A stretch of DNA of 24,000 nucleotides from Dactylosporangium sp. NPDC005572 (GTDB taxonomy: Bacteria > Actinomycetota > Actinomycetes > Mycobacteriales > Micromonosporaceae): assembly GCF_040605515.1 (NCBI RefSeq), contig NZ_JBEXCY010000046.1, positions 7,621 through 31,620 of the forward strand. The letters run 5' to 3'. The notes under the pieces were generated by a model. It saw nothing but the letters and a program-made list of their open reading frames with translations. It was not told the DNA's origin and searched no databases. A program made the position numbers and the translations under genes. Shown here piece after piece: positions 15,091 through 22,900 of the stretch; the stretch's first letter is position 1, and the number at the start of each line of letters is the position of its first letter.

Positions 15091-17535
15091 TCAGAGCTGT
15101 TTGACCTGTGTCGTTGACTGGGCTGTCGGTGTCACCGGTGCCGGTTTCGCCGCGGAGGCACTCCCGCCGGACGGCACCGAGGGCGGGTATTCGTAGAACG
15201 TGCCAACTACGTCCACGACCACGTTGCAGTAACCGCCGGCGTTGAAGACGTTGAACTTGCCGTCCTGGCCGATCATGGTCTGTACCGCGTTCGGCACGAC
15301 CGACCCGGCGGTTGGGTTGAGGTTGGACGTGCCCGGCCTCGCAGCTCCGGCGGGCCAGACCGTCAGGTACGTAGCCGAGGTGGGGAGCACGGCCGTCACA
15401 TTCGTCGCCAGCACCCGCGTGTCGACATCCATCACCGAACTCGGCACCGCGATCGACGCTGTGGATCCCGGCCCGAGCCGTGACGGCCAGCCCTGCCCGC
15501 TGCGGGTGTCCGCGATCCGGGTCGGCACGACCGGCTCGAAGCGCAAGCCACCCGGCAAACTGATGTCGGCGTAGAACCCGACGATGTCGACGATGATGTG
15601 CGCGTTGGTGCTGGTGTAGACGGCGATCGACGGCAGCCCGGTGGCGCCGCCGCATCCGTCGCAAGGCATGGCCGGAACCACGGCGAAGTTCGGCACGGTG
15701 GCGTTCGCCGTGTAGTTCAGCGTCGATGTCTCGGGCAGTCGGCCCTGCTGACCGTCCCAGGCGGTCAGGTAGCCGCCTCCGGTCGGCTCGGTGGCCGTGA
15801 TGTTCACCGCGAACCCGCGCACATGGGGGTTGATCGCGGCATTCCAGGAAGCGACGGAGTTGACGTAGTGGCCGGCCGGGATCCGGCCGACCCCCCAATC
15901 GCGGGTGTCGGTCAGGCGGACCGGTTCGGCCAGCGGGTGGTACTGCGAGCAGCCCGCGCAGTTCTCCCGGAGGTCGTCATGGCTCCGGGTGTAGTAGCCG
16001 AACATGTCCACGACGAGCTGCACCGGACCGCCGGCGTTGTAGAAGTCCACCTTGTTGTAGGTACCGAACTTCACGGTGACCGAGTTTGCCCCGGTCCAGC
16101 CCTTGACGTAGTTCAGTGAGGATGCGGTCGGGCGGGTCGTGCCCGTCGGGTAGACGGTGACGTATCCGGGGCCGGCGGATTCGGTGACGGTCACGTTGAG
16201 CACGACCGCGGAGGCTTCCTCAGGGGCGTCGATCATCACGGTCACCACACCGCCGGAGGCGACCGGCCCTCTGGGCGCTCCTCGGCCGGAGCGGGTGTCC
16301 ATGACACGGTACGGCCGCACAGCAAGATAGCTTCCCCGGTTACTGACGAACCCGTCCACGCTCAGGTCGATCCGCGTCGAACCGGCGTAACTGTCGTCGG
16401 GCAGGGAGATCGCCGCGGCGCTTCGCCCGGTCGCGGTTGGCTGCGCGACGACGCTCATCGAACAGGTCTGCCCACCGGCCAGCGTCTTGAGGGAACAGCC
16501 GTCGTCCACGATGCGGAAAGAGGTTGGATTCGCGCCGGTGATCGACGCCGTGCCGAAGGTGATCGGCAAGGCTCTCAGCCCGGTCACCGTTATCGTCCGC
16601 GGTGCCGACACGTCATACACCGGCACCCAGCCGAAGTCGACGGGCGAGGCCGTGGCGTCACGCTGGTCGTACCCGGTCAGCGACACCAGCCGGACGACCC
16701 GGCCGGCGATCGAGTTCTCGGCCAAGGTCAGCAGCGCCGTCTGCTCGCCGAGGGCCGCCGCCTTCGCGGTAATCGTCAGCTTGCAGGTCTCGCCGTAGGA
16801 GAGGGTCTTGCCGGAGCAGGTGTTCGCCGAGATCTGGAACACCCCCGGCTTCGTCCCGGAGAGCGCGGCCGCGCCGAACGTGGTCGGCTGCGTGCCGTTC
16901 ACCTCGATGGTGACGTCCTGCGGCGCGGGCACCTGCCCTGCCGGCAGTTCGCCCATCTGCAATCGGTACGCACGGCTGTCGGCGGCCCGATAGCCGATAC
17001 CGGACTGGAAGCGGATCTCACCCTTGACGAGCGTGCTGACCCCACAGGGAACCGAGTAACTCGCCGCGAAGGCGGTGAACTTCCCTGTCGCGTCGTCGTA
17101 ATCCGCCTGGCTGACGGTCAGCGTGCCGCGTGCTACACCCGCGCACTCCTCTCCGTCGCCGCGGATGTTCAGCACGGTCGTCGACGGCGGCGGATGCTCG
17201 TCGATGATCATACCGGTAACCGTCGGGTAGGACTTTCCGGCGGTGAACCGGGTGCCGCTCGGCGGCGTGACGTCCAGGTGGTGGGAGTGGCCGCCGGAGG
17301 AGCCGTCCATCCACAATGCATAGTTCACGTACTGCTGGTTGGTCACGAGAGAAGTCCGGGACGCTTCGTAGGAGAAGCTTCCGCCGCCGTTCCCCCAGTC
17401 CTCCAGGTACATCGTGAAGGCCGTGTACGGGGCGGCGGGCGGCGGGCCGGCCGCCGCGTCAGCGGTGCCGGACAGCGCGCTGGACGTCAGCAGGACTGCA
17501 ACGGCGCCGATCATCAAGCCACGAATGGTGCGCAT
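15091..17535 (-). CDS. Secreted multidomain protein: N-terminal domain, two choice-of-anchor-D-like Ig domains, three unnamed repeats of about 120 aa
   Basis: Signal peptide is MRTIRGLMIGAVAVLLTSSALSGTADA. Ig-like domains read ...FQISANTCSGKTLSYGETCKLTITAKA and ...FRIVDDGCSLKTLAGGQTCSMSVVAQP. The three C-terminal repeats (RVMDTRSG..., VRLTDTRDW..., TRIADTRSG...) are collinear with those of the 696-aa protein at about 50% identity by eye. Confidence 0.85.
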   Translation of the reverse strand: MRTIRGLMIGAVAVLLTSSALSGTADAAAGPPPAAPYTAFTMYLEDWGNGGGSFSYEASRTSLVTNQQYVNYALWMDGSSGGHSHHLDVTPPSGTRFTAGKSYPTVTGMIIDEHPPPSTTVLNIRGDGEECAGVARGTLTVSQADYDDATGKFTAFAASYSVPCGVSTLVKGEIRFQSGIGYRAADSRAYRLQMGELPAGQVPAPQDVTIEVNGTQPTTFGAAALSGTKPGVFQISANTCSGKTLSYGETCKLTITAKAAALGEQTALLTLAENSIAGRVVRLVSLTGYDQRDATASPVDFGWVPVYDVSAPRTITVTGLRALPITFGTASITGANPTSFRIVDDGCSLKTLAGGQTCSMSVVAQPTATGRSAAAISLPDDSYAGSTRIDLSVDGFVSNRGSYLAVRPYRVMDTRSGRGAPRGPVASGGVVTVMIDAPEEASAVVLNVTVTESAGPGYVTVYPTGTTRPTASSLNYVKGWTGANSVTVKFGTYNKVDFYNAGGPVQLVVDMFGYYTRSHDDLRENCAGCSQYHPLAEPVRLTDTRDWGVGRIPAGHYVNSVASWNAAINPHVRGFAVNITATEPTGGGYLTAWDGQQGRLPETSTLNYTANATVPNFAVVPAMPCDGCGGATGLPSIAVYTSTNAHIIVDIVGFYADISLPGGLRFEPVVPTRIADTRSGQGWPSRLGPGSTASIAVPSSVMDVDTRVLATNVTAVLPTSATYLTVWPAGAARPGTSNLNPTAGSVVPNAVQTMIGQDGKFNVFNAGGYCNVVVDVVGTFYEYPPSVPSGGSASAAKPAPVTPTAQSTTQVKQL

Positions 17536-17561
17536 TTCCCCGCCACATGGTCGATCACGCT

Positions 17562-17587
17562 GAACGCCGGGCAGCAGCCCGGCGTTC
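17562..17587 (-). promoter_or_regulatory. 11-bp perfect palindrome / 5'-UTR hairpin upstream of the 814-aa gene
   Basis: GAACGCCGGGC (17562-17572) - AGCA - GCCCGGCGTTC (17577-17587), located 27 nt upstream of the ATG at 17535. No T-run follows, so it is more likely an operator or leader structure than a terminator. Confidence 0.4.
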
Positions 17588-17648
17588 CATCAAGATAGAG
17601 ATCCACACCATCGCAGGCAAGGTACGCAGACCAGCTCTGGCCGGCCCG

Positions 17649-17702
17649 GTGTCCCCGGTTTTCGAGTGTCCCCGGTTTTCGAGTGTCCCCGGTTTTCGAG
17701 TG
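17649..17702. repeat. Perfect 17-bp tandem repeat, 3.2 copies (GTGTCCCCGGTTTTCGA)
   Basis: Copies occupy 17649-17665, 17666-17682 and 17683-17699, plus a partial GTG copy. All are identical. The array is intergenic, 114-167 nt upstream of the 814-aa gene start and downstream of the PAP2-like gene stop. Confidence 0.9.
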
Positions 17703-17837
17703 GTACACGGTGGTTGGCGCGGATGTCGTGCCCCTTCAGCGGAGCTCCGGCGACGGCCTCGTCCTGGAACGTCAGGATGCCCGGTCCGAGTGCCGGCGCT
17801 GGGCGCTCGGGCCGGGCATCATGTCATGCCGGGAGGG

Positions 17838-19124
17838 TCACCGGCGTGGGCGGAAGTAGTTCGCGATCATGTAGTCCGTGACCTGTGCACCGATCTTCGC
17901 GCCCTCGACGTCGGCGGTGCGGGTGTGGATGCCGCCCCAGATCCGGGCCTCGATGACCTCGTCGATGGCGCCGGTGAAGCTCGAGAAGTGCCGCGTGGTG
18001 CCGGACTGCTCGCTGTACGCACTGAACGGGATGTCATCGCGGCCGAAGAAGTACTTCAGGGCCGACATGCTCGCCGCGGTGAAGCAGGTGTGTCCGGACA
18101 TGAAGTCCGGGTGCGGGGGAGTGACGAGCAGCGGCATCCAGGCGGTGTCAGCGTCGGTGGCCGCGTTGCCGTCGGTGTCGGCCTGCTGGATCGCGGTGAC
18201 CGGCCGCCAGAACATCCAGGCTGCCTTCTCGTTGTAGCAGGCGGCCGTGGCGTCGGCCTCCGCGAGGTCGACCATCGCGAACATGCGCGCCGTCCGCAGC
18301 GCGCTGAGTTGCTGGGTCGTGGCGAGCTGGCGCTTGATCTCCCACTCGCCGAGGTGCCGGTCGTGCCACCAGATCGCGGCCTCGGTCTGGTCCTGGGTCC
18401 GGATCGTGCTGTTCGCCGCGCCGATGGCCTTGACCTCTTTGAAGTCCCGCGCGTACTGGTCGCTCGTGAGCGCCACCGGCCCGGTCGTGCGGAACATCGA
18501 CACGCTGGGGATGAGGAACGGCTTGAGGTAGGCCACCCAGGCCCCGTCGTTGGCGAAGGTCGGCGGGGTGGGCCGCCACTGCCCGGGCTGGGTGCCGACC
18601 GGCCAGCTCACGTTGGCGAAGGCACCGTCGTTCTGCCGCGCGCTGATCATCGCGGCGGCGGTCTGGCTGCCCACGGTGATCCCGGACCGCTTCGCGCTGC
18701 CGGGCGAGATCGTGGCCAGCCAGTCGTCGTACTGCGTCTGGAGCCGGGACTGCTGGGCCGGGAACAAGTAGCTGAGCACCTGGAAGGCCGCGGTGCCGAC
18801 CGCCGCGTCCACCGACTCGCGCCCGTTGGTCGACGGTGCGCTGAGATACGGCTGGTACGGCTTGCCGGCGATGGCGTTGACGGCGTCGTAGACGGCGCCG
18901 TGGACCATCGCGAAGCTGCGCGCCTGGACCTGTGGCTGCTGGCTGGCCACGTCCCAGATCGCGGTCTGCGCGTTGCGGTCCCAGATAATGACGGCATTGG
19001 TGGATGTAGTGGTGTCCGCTGCGTATGCGGAAGAGGTGCCGAACGCTACCGGTGACCCGGCGGCGAGGATACCGGCGACAGCTGCGCACACGAATTTGCG
19101 GCGCGTGCGTACCTGACTTGTCAT
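17838..19124 (-). CDS. Tat-exported PAP2-superfamily enzyme, vanadium-dependent haloperoxidase / acid phosphatase-like
   Basis: PAP2/V-haloperoxidase motifs are KAAWMFWRP (KxxxxxxRP), PDFMSGHTCF (PSGH-like) and EARIWGGIHTRTAD (SRxxxxxHxxxD-like). The preferred start is ATG 19124 (GGGAG SD), giving MTSQVRTRRKFVCAAVAGILAAGSPVAFGTSSAYA with a twin-arginine TRRKF motif. The ORF-track start at 19259 adds an implausible 45 aa. Confidence 0.85.
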   Translation of the reverse strand: MTSQVRTRRKFVCAAVAGILAAGSPVAFGTSSAYAADTTTSTNAVIIWDRNAQTAIWDVASQQPQVQARSFAMVHGAVYDAVNAIAGKPYQPYLSAPSTNGRESVDAAVGTAAFQVLSYLFPAQQSRLQTQYDDWLATISPGSAKRSGITVGSQTAAAMISARQNDGAFANVSWPVGTQPGQWRPTPPTFANDGAWVAYLKPFLIPSVSMFRTTGPVALTSDQYARDFKEVKAIGAANSTIRTQDQTEAAIWWHDRHLGEWEIKRQLATTQQLSALRTARMFAMVDLAEADATAACYNEKAAWMFWRPVTAIQQADTDGNAATDADTAWMPLLVTPPHPDFMSGHTCFTAASMSALKYFFGRDDIPFSAYSEQSGTTRHFSSFTGAIDEVIEARIWGGIHTRTADVEGAKIGAQVTDYMIANYFRPRR

Positions 19125-19473
19125 CCTTGACTCCCTTTGCCGGCAACCCGACCAGCTGATTGCCGCATTGATGTAGGCGTTCCTACTAAGATCAGCGGAG
19201 CCGGCCTCCAAGTCGTTACGGTCCCGCGGAAACGAGCGGTTGAGCTGCACGAATACCATCGTTACAACCCCGCCACGCAGCGTCAGTGCCCCGGCGAGCG
19301 GCTCCGCGTGCCGACTGCGTCACGGGAAGTCATTGCTTGATTGGACATTGACCGAGTTCCCTAGTTGGCTCGCGCGCCGGGCCGCGACGGTTGAGCCGCC
19401 TGGGTGAGCGGACCGGGTGAGAGCAAATTCGGTCCACCCTCGCGGACGGCGTCGCCTGGGGAGAATCGAAGGC

Positions 19474-19995
19474 ATGACCAACGACTTGGTGGAGTTCATC
19501 GAGGCGCGGCTTGCCGAGGACGAGTCGCTCGCCGGCATCATTTCGGCCGGCGCCTACGCGCCGCAGGTGTGGCGGGTCAAGCCGGACCAGCCCGGCGGCT
19601 GGCGGGAGATCCGCGCGTTCGACGGCGCGAACATCGTGGGCATCTCGCAGACGTCCGACGTGGGCGAGTTGGTCGCGGTCGTGCCGGGGAGTCGTGAGCA
19701 GCACGTCCACATCACCCGGCATGATCCTGCCCGGGTGGTTCGGGAGGTGGCAGCCAAGCGGCGGCGGCTCGAGCGGCACAAGCCGGGCTACGCCAGCGGT
19801 CAGGTCGAGTACGGCCAGCACCACGAGGTCTACCGGCGCGAGGACGGCAAGACGATCGAGGTGCTGGTCCAGGACGACGAGCCGCGCCAGCCGAACTGGT
19901 GCCGGACCTGTGCCGAGCCCGCTCCGTGCCGGGAGCTTCGCAACGACGCGTCGGTCTGGTCCGACCATCCCGACTACCCCGAGTGGGCCGTCTGA
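19474..19995 (+). CDS. DUF6221-like protein
   Basis: MTNDLVEFIEARLAEDESLA...HITRHDPARVVREVAAKRRRLERH...NWCRTCAEPAPCRELRNDASVWSDHPDYPEW matches the pattern I recall for DUF6221 proteins of actinomycetes and their phages (FI.ARL.EDE ... H.ARHDPARVL.EV.AKR ... C..C....PC ... DHPDY..EW). The preferred start is ATG 19474. Confidence 0.7.
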   Translation: MTNDLVEFIEARLAEDESLAGIISAGAYAPQVWRVKPDQPGGWREIRAFDGANIVGISQTSDVGELVAVVPGSREQHVHITRHDPARVVREVAAKRRRLERHKPGYASGQVEYGQHHEVYRREDGKTIEVLVQDDEPRQPNWCRTCAEPAPCRELRNDASVWSDHPDYPEWAV

Positions 19996-22900
19996 GCCGC
20001 TCGGTCGATCGCCGCCTCCACCCGGTCCGCCAACAGCCCTACCGCGCCGACCGCCCGGCTCATCGGGTCGTCCTCGGACCCGCCGAGCGCCCGCGCCCGC
20101 CGGTACGCGGCCTTGACCTCCGCCCAGCGCGTCTCCTGCGACGGTGTCATCCGGCCGCGGAGCGAGGCCAGCTTGAGCAGGTTCGCCTCGGCGCCCGCAG
20201 TCAGCGTCTGCGCCTCGCCGGCGTAATGGTCGTCGATCGCCGCCTCCAGCTCGGCGTCGTTCATGACCGGCACGACCCGGGCGGCGAGCTTGTTCATGTT
20301 GCGGTACGAGCCCTGCAACAGGAACGGCGGCTCGGTGCGGGACGCGTCGGACTGTGCCGCGGACGCGATGTACGCGCGGTTGTTCGCCAGGACCACCTCC
20401 TGCACTCGCTGGAGCTTCCGGAGTACCGCCAGCATCTGGTCCACCTCGACCGCCGAGTACGGGTGGGCGAGCTGGTCCGGTCGTACCGTGTCGTCGCCGC
20501 GGGCCAGGCGGACCAGCAGCTCGACGTCGCCGCGGTCGCGAGTGGACAGCGGGGCGAGGACCGGGTTCGAGGTCAGCGCGTTCTCGATGTAGGAGAGCGC
20601 GAACAGCTCATCCTTGCCGGCCAGCACGTCGCCGAGGTTCCACACGTCGGCGCGGTTCGCCAGCATGTCCGGGATGCGGAAGCGCTGGCCGGACTCGGTG
20701 TACGGGTTGCCGGCCATGCACACCGCGAACCGCTTGCCGCGCAGGTCGTACGTGCGGGTCCGGCCGTTCCAGACGCCCTCCATGCGGCGCTGCGCGTCGC
20801 ACAGGGAGATGAACTTCTGCAGCAGCTCCGGCGACGTGTGCTGGATGTCGTCCAGGTACAGCAGGACGTTGTTGCCCATCTCCAGCGCGAAGTTGATTTT
20901 CTCGACCTCCTGGCGGGCGGTCGCGTTCGGTGCCTCCGCCGGGTCGACCGACGTCACCAGGTGGCCGAGCGCCGGGCCGTTCACCTTGACGAACACCAGG
21001 CCCAGGCGGTTGGCGACGTACTCCATCAGCGTCGTCTTGCCGTAGCCCGGTGGCGAGATCAGCAGCAGCAGGCCCATCGCGTCGCCCACCGCGCCCAGCT
21101 GCCGGGCCAGGTTGTCGCCGATGAGCGGGAGGTACACCTCGTCGAGCAGCCGGTTGCGCACGAACGCGCTCATCACCTTCGGCTTGTACTCGTCGAGCCG
21201 CAGCCGCTGCCGTTCGCGGGTGGCGAGCTCGGTGCGGTGCCGCTGGTACTCGCGGAAGGCCGGGACCCGTTCGAGGCGGAACCGGCGGGTGCGGGCGAGG
21301 ACCTCGTCGAGGCGCAGCTCCATCCGGCGGCCGGTGATCCTCGGATGGGTGCCGAGCAGGCCCTCGACGGTCGCGGTGAGGGCGGCGGAGGAGTCGTGGC
21401 GCGGCAGGCCGGCACCGCAGAGCACGATCGCGGCCGCCTCCTCCAGGTCGCCGTCATGAAAACCGTCAGCAGGACCGTCGACGGTACCGGCGAACGAGGA
21501 GAGCCACGCGTGGGCGAGCTGGCGGCGCGCGGCGAGATCGCCGTCGAGGGCACGCAGATCCTCGTTGAGCTCACGGGTCGAACTCGCGCGCCAGAACCGG
21601 TCGAGGAACGTCCGCACGCCGGCGCTGGTGACGAATCCGAACGGCGCGCTGCTCAGCTCCTCGAACAGGTACTCCCCGGCGATCCCGGACCCGGCCGTGG
21701 GCCCGGCGGCTGGCTGGAACGCGGTCACCGCCGCCTGCAGCTCGGCGCACAGCTGCCCCACCGCGTCCGAGTGGCCGAACGCGGTCCGGGCCCGGGCGAG
21801 CGACCGCGCCCGCCGGGTCCAGGCGGCCTTGGCCTCGTCGTCGGCGCCGAACGTCCAGAACAGTTGCGCCGCCGCGCGGTCCGCCGCCGGGTAGCGCAGG
21901 AGACCGGCGCCGGCGTGCAGCCGCAGCAGCGCGTCAAGAATGAGCGTCGCGTCGTGGTCGTGGACGCCTCGCTCATATCCTTCGGCGTACCGGCTGTCGG
22001 CGACGCGGCGCACAAGGTCGCGCAGGCCGCCGTCGGTGAGGGCGGCCTGGTGGAGCGCGTCCAGCGTGCGGGCCGGGCCGTCCGAAATGGACTGTCCCGT
22101 CGCCGCGGCGTCGAGCACCATGCAGGCCAGGTGCTCCGAGCGGTACACGTCGGGCGCCTCGGACACGAGCAGCTGTCCCCAGAAGGGGCGGGCGGCGGCG
22201 ATCACCGGGTCGTCGACCGGCGCGCGGTAGTCGGTCGCGGTCACGGTGAACGCGAGCTCGTCGCCGTGCGGTACGAGCGTCAGGTCGATCGCCTGGGTGT
22301 TGACCGCGAACTGGTGCCGGCCGAGGCGGATGACGTCGGCCGAGCCGGCGAACAGGTCGAGGCGGTCGCGCAGCATCCGGCCGGCCTCGAGCCGGGCCGT
22401 CCTGACCCGGCCGTCCAGCTCGTCGGCGCGGACCTGGTCGCCGAGGGCGCGCAGCTCGCCGGCGACGCCGCGCAGCTTCGCGACCATCGGGTCGGCCGCG
22501 AAGTACGTGTTGACGTCGTCGGGTGAGGTCATCGTGGCGACCCGGCGCTCGATGCTGCCGAGGATCCGCTCCGCGGACTCGACCAGCCGGTCGGCGCGAC
22601 GGGAGCGCTCGTCGAGCAGCGCCTGCTTCCGCGCGGAGAACGCCTCGTAGACGTCGGTGCGCTTGTCGCCGAGCTGGGCGAGGAAGTCGTCGAACTCGCC
22701 GAAGCGGGACTCGAGGTTCTCCAGCTGGAGCATCAGCCGCCCCAGCTGCTCGTCACACCGCTCGGGCGTGTCGGCGACCGCGAGCGCGCCGACGACCGCC
22801 TGGCCCAGCAGGGCGAACTCGGCGGCGAACTCGGCCCGGCCCTCGACGGCGAGCAGCTCGCGGCGGCGGGCGTCGAGGACGGCGCGGGCGCGGTTGACGC

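Noticed and set aside
10191-17535. Length coincidences: two 814-aa ORFs (10191..12635 and 15091..17535, exactly 4900 nt apart) and two 696-aa ORFs (12490..14580 - and 12706..14796 +).
   Set aside because: The members of each pair share no sequence similarity, and one of each pair is an antisense artefact. This is treated as chance, not a duplication or a designed feature.
17649-17702. Could the short direct repeats be a CRISPR array?
   Set aside because: The copies are contiguous 17-mers with no spacers, only three in number, and no cas genes are nearby. It is a simple tandem repeat.
17812-17833. Hairpin CCGGGCAT-n6-ATGCCGGG directly after the PAP2-like gene stop, as a possible terminator.
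   Set aside because: It has one internal mismatch, no U-tract on the transcribed strand, and lies only 5 nt from the stop codon. That is too weak to annotate.
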